Shown here one piece after another: positions 18,679 through 28,401 of a DNA stretch of 64,000 nt. Source of the DNA: Candidatus Micrarchaeota archaeon (GTDB lineage Archaea > Micrarchaeota > Micrarchaeia > Anstonellales > Bilamarchaeaceae); assembly GCA_043827025.1 (NCBI GenBank), contig JBDRPL010000032.1:45870-109869 (forward strand). The letters run 5' to 3'. Each line of letters begins with the position of its first letter. Positions within the stretch are counted from its first letter, which is position 1. The notes below the pieces were generated by a model. It was not told the DNA's origin. It was given only the letters and a program-made list of their open reading frames with translations, and made no database searches. The translations under genes and the position numbers were made by a program.

Positions 18679-19639
18679 AATCATTAACCTCTTCATCCAT
18701 TATTTCTTTTAATCTTTCCAAGGATCTCTGAGGCGTTTCTATGGTATTCAATAGGTAAACAGGCAATTTCTCGAACAGCTTTTTGAAGAACTCTGTTCTT
18801 TCTTGCATTTTTTCCTTTGTCCTTACCAATTGGTGAGGGTTGCAGAACTCGTGCTCCTTCATGAATGTTATTGCCTCATTTGTTTTCATTTTCTTTATGG
18901 GAGATAGGGTTTTGTCCCTTGTGAGCAGTACAATTGCTTTCATTGTTGACTGCGACTTTATCCTGTCATATCCAAATATATTCTTCACATCAACAATTGC
19001 CCTTCCTTTATTGTCTAGCTTTGCCTCTGCAACTACTCTGCCGTATGCCTTCCAGTTCTTCGCCAAGTCGTCGCGTATATACGAATTCTTTTCAGCAGAA
19101 CTTGCAAGAACCGAAGTTTTTCCAATCCTCACAAAGAACCAGTCGTCTGTCAGGAAATTGTTCTTTTCATCAAGCAGCAGTCCGTATGTCAATGTTGTCT
19201 TCCCGCTTTTGCTCGGGCCGATTACTCCAATACCCCTGCCATCGCTGTCGATATATGATCCATGTATGGAGTATCTCTTGTGCTCGCTTTGAAAGTCTTC
19301 CATGTAGTCTGCTGCAAGTGCAAGGGCAATGCTTTTCACCCAACCATAATAATCACAGTTCTGTATTATGACTGTTTTTGATGCAGGCTCGTACATTACT
19401 TTGAATTTACCTCCTTCATCTACTGCAACAAGTCTTGCATGAGGCCTTATGGTTTCAAGCATCGATTTGAAGTTTTCCTCCCACATATCCTTGAATCCAT
19501 GTGAGTTTGTGAACAGCTTTATGCACAGGCCGTATATCTCAGCTTTGACTTCATATGGGCATGAAGGATATAATTTAGCAAGCAGTTTATCCTTTTTCTT
19601 CTTTGATATGATTTCGACTTTGTAGTCCATAAAGAACAA
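18662..19639 (-). CDS. HPr kinase/PEPCK-like P-loop protein
   Basis: HG...GPSKSGKTT...LTDDW arrangement. Confidence 0.75.
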   Translation of the reverse strand: MFFMDYKVEIISKKKKDKLLAKLYPSCPYEVKAEIYGLCIKLFTNSHGFKDMWEENFKSMLETIRPHARLVAVDEGGKFKVMYEPASKTVIIQNCDYYGWVKSIALALAADYMEDFQSEHKRYSIHGSYIDSDGRGIGVIGPSKSGKTTLTYGLLLDEKNNFLTDDWFFVRIGKTSVLASSAEKNSYIRDDLAKNWKAYGRVVAEAKLDNKGRAIVDVKNIFGYDRIKSQSTMKAIVLLTRDKTLSPIKKMKTNEAITFMKEHEFCNPHQLVRTKEKMQERTEFFKKLFEKLPVYLLNTIETPQRSLERLKEIMDEEVNDSNHER

Positions 19640-19712
19640 GCACTATTAATGTTTTTAAGCTCTAGCCCTAATGCTTTCTTTTCATTGTCTTTTTAGTTAT
19701 TTTAAGCATAAA

Positions 19713-19760
19713 ATGTGCAAATAAACTGTAAATTTATAAACAGACAGTTGAAATGCACAT
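19713..19760. promoter_or_regulatory. 48-bp dyad centred on a palindromic TATA box between divergent genes
   Basis: ATGTGCA/TGCACAT, AACTGT/ACAGTT and TTTATAAA share one symmetry centre (19736.5). Confidence 0.65.
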
Positions 19761-19820
19761 GTTTTCTGTGGTAAATTATATCTAGTAGTTATGTAGTCAA
19801 TTAAAGCCCAAGGGTAAGGT

Positions 19821-22523
19821 ATGAGGCTTAGACACGAACAGGCCAATTCAGTTTTACGAACCAACAGGCATACTTTTGGAGAGAGCCTGAAAACAACTGC
19901 AGTAAGAGCATGGCGTTCTGCAAAGAGATTCGGAGCTGGTTTATTAGTTGCTGGACTGATCACTGCACCATGTGCTGGGGCGATGGTTGGTTGTGCTGAT
20001 AATCAGACAAATCATACACAACAAGGGGACGGGTCTCAGATACCAAAAACAGCAACGTGGAGAGAACCTTATAAAGGAAAAGTATCCTATGACGAAAATG
20101 GAAATCCGTATATGGCAAATCGATTTATTGTCACATTTACAAAACAAACCAACAGAAGCGAAGTTGAAAGTTTAATAAGAGATTTTGCAGGAAGAATTAC
20201 TGGCCAAATTCCTTCAATAAATATGTTCGAGATCGAAACAAAAGACATAGAAGTTGGAATTGCTGCCATGAGTAAAGCAGATCATGTGGACTTTTCTAAT
20301 AGAAATTATTATTTTAAGACTGAAACTGCAAGCGAATGGGACAACGATACTTATACTGGAAATAATAGTGCCGGTTTATGGTGGACAGATAAAATACAAC
20401 TAGCTCAAGGAACGAACCTGTTTGATTCTTTACAAGTTACATTAAGACCAACAACAATTGCAGTGATAGATGTGGGATTTAATTTAGGATCGCCCTCTCC
20501 AGGCCAGCCAGAAATTCCATATGTGGATTCAGTCTATCATTTTGATTTTGGTGATTGGGATACCAATGTTCATTATGACATAAATCATAGCTATGGAACA
20601 AATGTTTCATCTTTTATTGCAGCAATCAATAATGGTTTTCGCACGAATGGTGTTGCTTCTTTAAAAAAGGGTGGCACATTTAAAATTCTCCCACTAAAAA
20701 TAGCAGCAACAAATCCTGATTTTCTAAGACAAGTTGTAGATAATACGTGGGGTATTGATGATGTATGGGGTGACGTTCATAGTTGGGTAGCTGCCCTAGA
20801 ATATGTTCGGGACAATAGAACTACATTAAATATCTCAGTGGTAAATCTTAGTATAGGGATTTACCTGGAATTGCCCAAGAGACTTCCCATGCTTCCACCA
20901 CAAACTTCTAAGATTATAGGTGAATTAATTGGAAATGGAGTTATTTTAGTCGCGGCAGCAGGCAACAATAATCAAAATCTATGTAGTGGAATTTTTGAAA
21001 GCATATGGAGTAGAATAAATCCAGGATCTCTACCTGGAATTATTGCAGTAGGGGCAACAGAAATCAAAGAAGATGAAGAAAAAAGAGCATCATTTTCCAA
21101 TTTCTCTGACAGAGAAGAATGTTTGACTGTGGTAGCACCAGGAGCAAAATTATTAGTCTTCGATAGAAGCGGTAATCCGTATTTAGATAGTGGAACATCG
21201 TATTCGTCACCTATAGTAGCAGGTCTAGTAGCAGTCATGAAGTCCATAAATCCTTATCTGACTAACGAAGAAATAGTGCGACTCCTGAAAGACAATGCAG
21301 ATGGCATAATTTTAAATGAAGAAAACGAATCAGTTCCAGAAGCTAGAGGAACCTGGAAAAGGATTAATGTTTATGCAACACTAAGAGCAATGCTTCAAGA
21401 AGAACAACCTCATCAATGCTATCTTGTGAAGAAAATGGAACATGCAGGTGACATTCCACACTCGTTATTCCATACCAACCTGAAACTAACTGCTGACAAA
21501 CTCCTCTTTAATGTCTATGATGTTCCAGGAACCCCCGCCCAAAATTGGTATGTTTATGATTTGATTACTGGGCAGATTTCGCCATCGCCTTTTGGCGCTC
21601 AGGTCTGGCCTTTTAATTCAGATTTAGCGTATTTAGATGATAAAATTATATATAAAGATAAAAGTCAGCTTAAAATCATGGATAGACAAACAGGTCAGAT
21701 CAAAGTTATAGAAGGTTACGACATGGAAGGATATGACGGTGCCACAAAGATTTCAGTTAGAGAATTCTATGTTTCAGGAGATAAAATATTAATTGGCGCA
21801 AGTACGGATATTTACTCTGAAGCTAGTGGTTATCCATATGCTGTAAATTATGTATATGATGTCAAAAGTGAGGAATTGACTAGACTTGCATATGGGGACT
21901 GGAGATCTTATATTCCACGTGCTGCAGATATAGATGGAAATAACGTTCTTATAGATTATTATAAAAGATCTTCTGGAGACTGGTGCGAAGGAGGTGGACA
22001 GCCAGGTAGAAATAATCTGCATCAGTTGGTTTTGACTGACATTAGTACTTTGGAATCAAGAACGCTTCTTAGTCTTTTACCGCCACATGGATGTCAGTCG
22101 GATGCTGAGATATCTAGAAACTATCTTCTTTATTCATCTTATGATGAAACAACTGCTTTCCTGAGACTTTATAATTTAGTGACTGCAGAATCAAGAGTTA
22201 TTGCCCAAACTCCGTATAATGGTTTTGATGATCATGGTGACGTAATGCAAAATGGATTAGATCTGAAACTTTTTATGCACGACATGGATGAAGGACGTAT
22301 GATCATAGGAATGAACTACGCAATGACTTTAGATGGTTCACAAGTTTACGTATATGATCCTGTTCAAAATAAGACAGTGACCTTGTGGGAAAAAACGTCT
22401 TCAACAAGAGTATCTGGAGTCAGTATACAAGGAAGGAAAGCTGCATTTATAAGTGAATACATTAGCAGAGGCGGATCTCTAGATCCAAAAGATGAAACAA
22501 GCATTTATCTATGCAATTTTTAA
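19821..22523 (+). CDS. S8 subtilase-like exported protein with C-terminal beta-rich repeat domain; catalytic His replaced by Tyr
   Basis: IAVIDVG (Asp), SYGT in place of HGT, AAAGN, GTSYSSP (Ser); long leader ending AMVGC. Confidence 0.88.
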   Translation: MRLRHEQANSVLRTNRHTFGESLKTTAVRAWRSAKRFGAGLLVAGLITAPCAGAMVGCADNQTNHTQQGDGSQIPKTATWREPYKGKVSYDENGNPYMANRFIVTFTKQTNRSEVESLIRDFAGRITGQIPSINMFEIETKDIEVGIAAMSKADHVDFSNRNYYFKTETASEWDNDTYTGNNSAGLWWTDKIQLAQGTNLFDSLQVTLRPTTIAVIDVGFNLGSPSPGQPEIPYVDSVYHFDFGDWDTNVHYDINHSYGTNVSSFIAAINNGFRTNGVASLKKGGTFKILPLKIAATNPDFLRQVVDNTWGIDDVWGDVHSWVAALEYVRDNRTTLNISVVNLSIGIYLELPKRLPMLPPQTSKIIGELIGNGVILVAAAGNNNQNLCSGIFESIWSRINPGSLPGIIAVGATEIKEDEEKRASFSNFSDREECLTVVAPGAKLLVFDRSGNPYLDSGTSYSSPIVAGLVAVMKSINPYLTNEEIVRLLKDNADGIILNEENESVPEARGTWKRINVYATLRAMLQEEQPHQCYLVKKMEHAGDIPHSLFHTNLKLTADKLLFNVYDVPGTPAQNWYVYDLITGQISPSPFGAQVWPFNSDLAYLDDKIIYKDKSQLKIMDRQTGQIKVIEGYDMEGYDGATKISVREFYVSGDKILIGASTDIYSEASGYPYAVNYVYDVKSEELTRLAYGDWRSYIPRAADIDGNNVLIDYYKRSSGDWCEGGGQPGRNNLHQLVLTDISTLESRTLLSLLPPHGCQSDAEISRNYLLYSSYDETTAFLRLYNLVTAESRVIAQTPYNGFDDHGDVMQNGLDLKLFMHDMDEGRMIIGMNYAMTLDGSQVYVYDPVQNKTVTLWEKTSSTRVSGVSIQGRKAAFISEYISRGGSLDPKDETSIYLCNF

Positions 22524-22545
22524 AGATTAAATAGGAGGTTAAAGC

Positions 22546-23397
22546 ATGAACTGGAAAAAAACGTTTCAAGTTTCTAATGTTTTCAATATTCTATTCCTGT
22601 TAGCGGTAGTAGGTTTATTTATTTTATCTGCATTGGATATTTCAATCCTCTTTCTGGTAAATCTCTTCGTTTTCTTTCCTTTGCTGATATATTTTGGATA
22701 TAAAGCAAGACAGAAGTTCAATATCAACTCTATGGAAATACTCAAAATGATAATTCCTTTGATCTTGATTATGGTATTGTTGTTTTATGCCAGTGCTTCC
22801 ATATATTATAAAAGCCCATATTATATTCAGGTGCCTTTTAATTATACTTTTTTCATTGTCGTATTTGGTGTTTTTGAAACGATAATACTTTTCATGTTTG
22901 GGTCTCTGTTTGGTTATCTGCTTTATCCTAGTATTAAGGATAGTTCCACTAGAAAGTACGGATTGTTCATTGCATATTTCATATTAATGTTCTATTTACT
23001 GTACGCCTCTGGAATCATTGAATTTGTTATTCCAACTCTCAATGATAATATAAAATTTGATGTACACAGGCAATTTTCTGGAAGCGAGTCAGGATTTTTA
23101 CTTTATGTAGAAACCGATAAGATATATCCTTGCATGAATTACTATTTACGACATAACCTGGAAGTCAATAGTCGCATCATAAAAGTAGGTTTAGGAGATG
23201 TTTCAGAATCAAGCCTATGTTTTACTGCTCTTGGACCAGCATCTTTCACTGAAAATTTGGATCTAAAAGATGGCAATTACACGCTTGAATTTGTTTCAGC
23301 AAATGGGATGGATAGCTATCATTTAATTGTTGATAAAACGAACATAAGTGTTTCACAGATAAGGTCTACATTTTCAACCTATGAAAATAAACAGTGA
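22546..23397 (+). CDS. Membrane protein with soluble C-terminal domain
   Basis: About 5 hydrophobic helices followed by a polar domain; AGGAGG RBS. Confidence 0.75.
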   Translation: MNWKKTFQVSNVFNILFLLAVVGLFILSALDISILFLVNLFVFFPLLIYFGYKARQKFNINSMEILKMIIPLILIMVLLFYASASIYYKSPYYIQVPFNYTFFIVVFGVFETIILFMFGSLFGYLLYPSIKDSSTRKYGLFIAYFILMFYLLYASGIIEFVIPTLNDNIKFDVHRQFSGSESGFLLYVETDKIYPCMNYYLRHNLEVNSRIIKVGLGDVSESSLCFTALGPASFTENLDLKDGNYTLEFVSANGMDSYHLIVDKTNISVSQIRSTFSTYENKQ

Positions 23398-23421
23398 GCT
23401 AGACTATCAAAAGGTTTTACT

Positions 23422-23922
23422 ATGAAAAAAGAAGAACATAAAACAAGAAACCTGATAATTTCGTTTTTCTTAATCCCAATATTGTTTCTATTGGTAAGCT
23501 TCGTAGTTTTGGTACTAGGAGGATTACTGAGTAATATCCTTCCCTCATTGAATTTTCCATTCTCAGTATTACTCTTTTTTGCAGCCATCCTATCATCCAG
23601 TTTTGGAGCGTATGTCTTGATTGGAGCCATAAACAGAGACCAAAGAAAATGGATCATGAAGAATCTGATAAAACTTTATTTGTTTCTTGGCATATTTTTC
23701 ATTTTCATATATATAATTTTACCGAATATGCTACTTAGATTATATGGCCCAAATATTGATTGTACTGAACATGTTGGAGTACCCAACTATTACAATGGAG
23801 TAAGCTTCTGTAATGATCTTTCTACCTTATTTGGAGGATTAAGCCTTATTTTCTTTTTTTTAGCTATACTTAGCTATGTTGGTTATTTCCTAGGTCCAAG
23901 AACATTCAAAGAAAAGGGTTGA
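23422..23922 (+). CDS. Membrane protein (about 4 TM)
   Basis: Hydrophobic ORF with a Cys pair in a loop. Confidence 0.7.
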   Translation: MKKEEHKTRNLIISFFLIPILFLLVSFVVLVLGGLLSNILPSLNFPFSVLLFFAAILSSSFGAYVLIGAINRDQRKWIMKNLIKLYLFLGIFFIFIYIILPNMLLRLYGPNIDCTEHVGVPNYYNGVSFCNDLSTLFGGLSLIFFFLAILSYVGYFLGPRTFKEKG

Positions 23923-24006
23923 ACCTATATATCTTCTTGCCAAAAATGTGTGCCACTTAAAGGCTTTATATTCCTTTCGCCCATTAAAACCTTATTACAT
24001 TGTTAA

Positions 24007-24110
24007 GGGGCCGTGGGCTAACCTGGTATACTACTGGCTTCGGGTGCTGCCATATCTGTTTATGGCATTCGGAAAAGTCAGTGATCTGAATTCAAATTTC
24101 AGCGGCCCCA
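24007..24110 (+). tRNA. tRNA-Pro(CGG) with a 31-nt intron at position 37/38 (intron 24045-24075)
   Basis: Acceptor GGGGCCG/CGGCCCC-A; anticodon stem CTGGC/GTCAG; loop TT-CGG-G|A; TTCAAAT T-loop; splice helix TTCG/CGGA; intron hairpin TGCCATA/TATGGCA. Confidence 0.9.
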
Positions 24111-24380
24111 TTCCGAACCGCGGCAGAGCGAACGGTGTTCGCGTTGCGCAGAGAACCGCAGTTCTCTGCCGAGGGGAGTGCCTCTGGCCGCGACCTTTGG
24201 TCATGGACATGCTCGTGATCGCTGTTGCGATCGCGACATCCCCAGTTTGAGGATCCTTTTGACCCTCACCCATCATTTTTGTGAGGAATGGGGATCGTGA
24301 CCGATAGGTCACGTCTCCCTCCATTTCGTAAGAAATGGAGATAATTATTAATGGGAGTTCACTTCTATCTCATTTTGGAA
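24111..24380 (+). ncRNA. Candidate structured non-coding RNA of unknown family
   Basis: At least 8 helices in a GC-rich non-coding stretch; G-U pairs and a GTAA (GNRA) loop favour the + strand. Confidence 0.6.
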
Positions 24381-24387
24381 CAAGAAT

Positions 24388-24813
24388 TCACTTCTTCCCT
24401 ATTGTCGGTACATTTTCTTTAACATGCTCTCTCTTTTTATAGCATCTTAATGCAAGGTCTCCGAACACAGGTATTATCAGTTCCTTGAAATTGTATGCCA
24501 TGTACATCAGATATATTGTGGTTAACAGATAAGCCCATGCAAGTAATGATACTACCTGGCTGACTATCCAATAACCTACAATGAAAGCCCATATCGAAGA
24601 CAGCAAATATATCAGTATGGCATAAGTTACTGCCATGAAAAGCGTCTGTAGGATGTAAAACCTAACTAGGGGACTTTCTTTTTTGGAGAAGTATGCAAGA
24701 ATCCATCCGATGATGGGAATACATGCAATACCTGCGGCCACGTTTTCATCTTTCATTAGGTTATGCTTTAAGTAATCTAGCAGCCTTACTTCCTCTACTT
24801 TCTTTTCTACCAT
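24388..24813 (-). CDS. DUF4870-like small membrane protein
   Basis: IPIIGWI, VRFYILQ and IPVFG pattern; 3 TM. Confidence 0.75.
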   Translation of the reverse strand: MVEKKVEEVRLLDYLKHNLMKDENVAAGIACIPIIGWILAYFSKKESPLVRFYILQTLFMAVTYAILIYLLSSIWAFIVGYWIVSQVVSLLAWAYLLTTIYLMYMAYNFKELIIPVFGDLALRCYKKREHVKENVPTIGKK

Positions 24814-24822
24814 GTATTAATC

Positions 24823-25560
24823 GTGTCTTTTTGTTTTTTAAATGTTTTTATGCCAAATAATCTAATGAACAGGCCATTTCTTTTCCTCACGTTCCTTATT
24901 TTGCTCTTCATAGCTCTAAATTTCCAAAGCTTTATTGACAACATTTGGTTTTATGCATCCGGCAATGTTCTCGGACTAACTATAAAAAATAACTGGTGGT
25001 TCGTTCTTCTGAATATCGGCCTGTTCCTTTCGCTGATTTTTTTTGCAGGTAGAAAAGTAGTTGACTGGAAGGCCCATGGTGTTTTCTCAGCCTTTATCAT
25101 CTCTTTATTCATTGAAATGTACGGCATTCCTCTTTCCATCTATTTCCTGGCAAGCAAAGTCGCAGGCTCTGACGCACAACAGGCAGTTGTGTCTCATGCA
25201 GGAGTCTTTTCACTGTCTATTCTAGGAGTTAATCTGGTATTTGATTTTTGGATGACTTTTGGTGCAATTGTAATACTTTTGGGCATGGCAATCATTGTTA
25301 CTGGTTGGCATCAGCTCTGGTCCTCAAAGAAGAATCTTTACACTGATGGGCTTTACAAACTCTCAAGGCATCCGCAATACATTGGATTCTTATACGTGGT
25401 TTGGGGATGGATGTTTGCCTGGCCTACATTGATAACTATCCTAATGGCCCCTGCGCTTACCTATGCATATGCAAATGCAGCAAAAAAAGAGGAAGCGCAT
25501 GTTCTGAAATCTAATCCGGAATATGCAGAATACAGGAAAAAGACACCTTTCCTGATATGA
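24823..25560 (+). CDS. Isoprenylcysteine carboxyl methyltransferase/PEMT-family membrane protein
   Basis: EMYGIPL, GLYKLSRHPQY, EE and Y-KKTP motifs; start may be 24850 or 24865. Confidence 0.85.
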   Translation: MSFCFLNVFMPNNLMNRPFLFLTFLILLFIALNFQSFIDNIWFYASGNVLGLTIKNNWWFVLLNIGLFLSLIFFAGRKVVDWKAHGVFSAFIISLFIEMYGIPLSIYFLASKVAGSDAQQAVVSHAGVFSLSILGVNLVFDFWMTFGAIVILLGMAIIVTGWHQLWSSKKNLYTDGLYKLSRHPQYIGFLYVVWGWMFAWPTLITILMAPALTYAYANAAKKEEAHVLKSNPEYAEYRKKTPFLI

Positions 25561-25561
25561 G

Positions 25562-26425
25562 ATGAAACAAATGAATGTCAACGCGTTTTTCAGGCTTGTT
25601 CGTTTCGAGCATGCCATAATGCTTGCTTTGGCAGTTTTCATTGGGGAAACAGTTGTGCTTGGAAAAATCCCGGATCTGGCCTCGCCAATAATAATCCTTT
25701 CATTGCTTGTTCCCATATTCAGCGAGATGGGTTCATTCGCATTGAATGATTATCTTGATATTGAAACTGATAGATTAAACAAAAGAGATGACAGGCCTCT
25801 TGCGAATAATGAGCTTTCACCAAAGTTTGCATTTTATTTCAGCTGGATTTCTATATTCATCTCAATAGGGTTGGCATATTTCATAAACCTCTATGCATTC
25901 GCAATTGCCATCATCTTCAATCTGCTTGCCATAGCCTATAATTACAAATTGAAAGACCTTCCCCTTGTTGGCAACTCCTACATCGGGCTTACAATGGCAA
26001 TTCCATTCATTTTCGGCAATTATGTTGTTTCTGATAAACTAGCTCCAGTTGCAATTGTCCTTGCATTGCTCGGTTTGGTTTCAGGCATAGCTCGTGAAAT
26101 CATAAAATCGGTGGAAGATATGAAAGGAGATTCAGAAGCAAGGAAATCCAAAACTTTACCAATATTAATAGGCGAGTCTTCAGCAAGAAAAATCGCCTCA
26201 ATCCTCTACCTCCTTTTCATCCCTCTCACAGTCCTGCCTTTCATGTATGGCCTTAATCTCAATCCAATGAACGTTCCCCTGATTGGTTTGGCTGACCTGG
26301 GCATATTATATTTGGCAGTCAGTGTTTGGACAACAGGGAATGCAGAAGTAATGAAGATGGCAAGAAAATCAAGCCTGGTGTGCCTTTTTATAGGATTGAT
26401 CGGATTGCTTCTAGGGATATTCTAG
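25562..26425 (+). CDS. UbiA-family prenyltransferase, DGGGP synthase-like
   Basis: NDYLDIETDRLN-RPL, YNYKLK and REIIKSVEDMKGD motifs. Confidence 0.9.
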   Translation: MKQMNVNAFFRLVRFEHAIMLALAVFIGETVVLGKIPDLASPIIILSLLVPIFSEMGSFALNDYLDIETDRLNKRDDRPLANNELSPKFAFYFSWISIFISIGLAYFINLYAFAIAIIFNLLAIAYNYKLKDLPLVGNSYIGLTMAIPFIFGNYVVSDKLAPVAIVLALLGLVSGIAREIIKSVEDMKGDSEARKSKTLPILIGESSARKIASILYLLFIPLTVLPFMYGLNLNPMNVPLIGLADLGILYLAVSVWTTGNAEVMKMARKSSLVCLFIGLIGLLLGIF

Positions 26426-27180
26426 TTTGGTTGCCAAAACGCATCTAAAATCCCTGCATAAGTCATTAAGGCATAGCTTCCCATCAGGTTAATTTGCCCT
26501 ATTGAAATTAGGTTAATCTTTCGTTCAGTAAGGAATCTCATCTCTAATCTCGGCGGTTTTCTTAGATCAATTTCGATCTGTTCGAAATCAGGCAAATCCT
26601 TTTTCACACCTCCCAAATCCACTCTTTTTAGTTTTGCCTTTAATTCAGCCACTGCTTCAAATATCTCTCTTGCCGTGAATCCATAATCATAAACATAGCA
26701 AGGAATTGCTGGAAACAACAATATTCCATCGCAATCTATGGTGAGTGCCATTTGGTTTTCTCCTAGCATCGCACCTTTTTCCCTTATGGCCTGAATAGCA
26801 CTTTTCATGGTTTCCCATCTGTAGTTATGAGGGAAAAGCCGAACTGTTGGGGTTATTATCCCAACTCCATCTCTTTCTGCATAAGTCATATGGCTGTCAA
26901 AATTTAAAAATTCAGCCTCATCCCGTGTATCCGGATGGTGGTCAACATTCCCCTTCAACCTGACCCCACTATCTCTTGTAAAATAATAAGAATCGTCATG
27001 ATCCGTTCCATCTCCCCAGATGTAAGCTGCTCGCCCAGTTATTGCCAATAATTGGCCATGCCTTGTCTGTTTGTCCTCACTCAAAGGTATGAATTCCAAA
27101 TGCCGTAATCGTTCCATTCGTGCGAGTTTTGGAACCAGGATTCGATTGGCATTTGTAGGGGCATAAAATACTCTAGGCAT
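26422..27180 (-). CDS. Divergent arginase/ureohydrolase-fold protein
   Basis: GDGTDH, NVDHHPD and LTIDCD resemble ureohydrolase metal motifs. Confidence 0.55.
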   Translation of the reverse strand: MPRVFYAPTNANRILVPKLARMERLRHLEFIPLSEDKQTRHGQLLAITGRAAYIWGDGTDHDDSYYFTRDSGVRLKGNVDHHPDTRDEAEFLNFDSHMTYAERDGVGIITPTVRLFPHNYRWETMKSAIQAIREKGAMLGENQMALTIDCDGILLFPAIPCYVYDYGFTAREIFEAVAELKAKLKRVDLGGVKKDLPDFEQIEIDLRKPPRLEMRFLTERKINLISIGQINLMGSYALMTYAGILDAFWQPN

Positions 27181-27339
27181 AGTTAATCCTCTGTCAAAAT
27201 TTGTCCTCAGTACTCAAGATCTTCATCCTCAACCCCTATTTCTAAGAGTTTCAGTGGTATTGCTTGTCTTCATTGAACAATAAGATGTTGTAGGCAATAA
27301 TTAAAAAAGATAAAAGAATACTCAAATCCGGAGTTATCT

Positions 27340-28365
27340 TCATTGTTGGTCGTTAACCAGTTCTTCGTACGCCTGCCTATAGGTCAGCACCATTACATCA
27401 TCGTTTTTCAATTGCTTGAGGAATTTCTCAAGATCATCAAGCTTTTGCTTCGAGTCGAAGGTGTTGCAATGCAGTTGCAATACAAAAAAATCATTTTTTT
27501 CATATTCAGTAATCCAGTCTTCATACTCATAGTGTATGAAATTCCCGCCATACCAATCCCATTTTTTCACTACATCGTATGCTCTTGGGGTTATCAGAAC
27601 ATTTTCGTCAAGATATGGCGAATCCACGTGTGTATTTGGGATCACGATGAATCCTGTTCTTTTTACATTCTCGTACTGCTCCGTTGTCCATTCGTTGCCA
27701 GGAGGGAAATAGGTGGTTATTTTTTCGCCGAAAAGTTCTTCAAGTTCGTTTTTTCCCTGTAACAGAAGCAGATAAACCTCTTCATATCCTGGGCAGTCTT
27801 TGGGGTTCCTACAGTGTGAATGTCCGTGCATACCTACTTCATATCCCTTTTTCTTAAGATTTTTGAGGTACTCGACCATTTCTAGATCATTTCTTAGAGG
27901 GAGTGTCTCTCTTGTTTGCTCAATATATAAATAGGGGGAAACACCGAGTGTTGCAGTATAATTGTACTTATCAAGCAAATCTGAAACTGCAATATATGCT
28001 TCCATGGAATACTCTTGTTCACTTAAGTATTCAATGCCTTTTTCCATATTCCAGTAGTCATCTATTTCAATCACTACGATTTTTTGTTTTGGAGTTATTT
28101 TTGTTGATCTGTCAAGCTTCTGTATCTCAAAATATTGGAGCATAATAATCAAAAGAACAAGAACAATTCCTATTTTGATTGCAATTTTTATAATCTTTCT
28201 TTTTCCCTTGAGGGCTCTTTTGGTAAGGTCTATAGCTGCATTGTCATAACTTCTGCTTACAAAAAAATACAGAACACTCCCCAATGCCGTAAGAAACATC
28301 AGAATCCAAAGAACTAGCCATTGCCTTTCAGCATAATCCAAGTCAGCGAATAAACAGTTGATCAT
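27340..28365 (-). CDS. Membrane-anchored polysaccharide deacetylase (DUF2334-like)
   Basis: IEIDD, GMHGHSH, FPPGN and LQLH motifs; N-terminal TM segments. Confidence 0.82.
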   Translation of the reverse strand: MINCLFADLDYAERQWLVLWILMFLTALGSVLYFFVSRSYDNAAIDLTKRALKGKRKIIKIAIKIGIVLVLLIIMLQYFEIQKLDRSTKITPKQKIVVIEIDDYWNMEKGIEYLSEQEYSMEAYIAVSDLLDKYNYTATLGVSPYLYIEQTRETLPLRNDLEMVEYLKNLKKKGYEVGMHGHSHCRNPKDCPGYEEVYLLLLQGKNELEELFGEKITTYFPPGNEWTTEQYENVKRTGFIVIPNTHVDSPYLDENVLITPRAYDVVKKWDWYGGNFIHYEYEDWITEYEKNDFFVLQLHCNTFDSKQKLDDLEKFLKQLKNDDVMVLTYRQAYEELVNDQQ

Positions 28366-28401
28366 GAATAGGATATAAAAGAAAAAATTAAATAAATGAT
28401 T

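Noticed and set aside
19821..24110. tRNA-integrated provirus or island at tRNA-Pro
   Set aside because: No integrase and no duplicated tRNA-Pro segment seen; the accessory genes lie on the 5' side of the tRNA
23948..24324. ORFs 23948-24250 (+) and 24031-24324 (-)
   Set aside because: Both overlap tRNA-Pro and the GC-rich structured region, and neither has protein-like motifs
24111..24380. RNase P RNA or SRP RNA
   Set aside because: No GAGGAAAGUCC-type or ACAGAA-type P4 strands, no SRP helix-8 motif and no long helix 5 seen on either strand; an Rfam search is still needed
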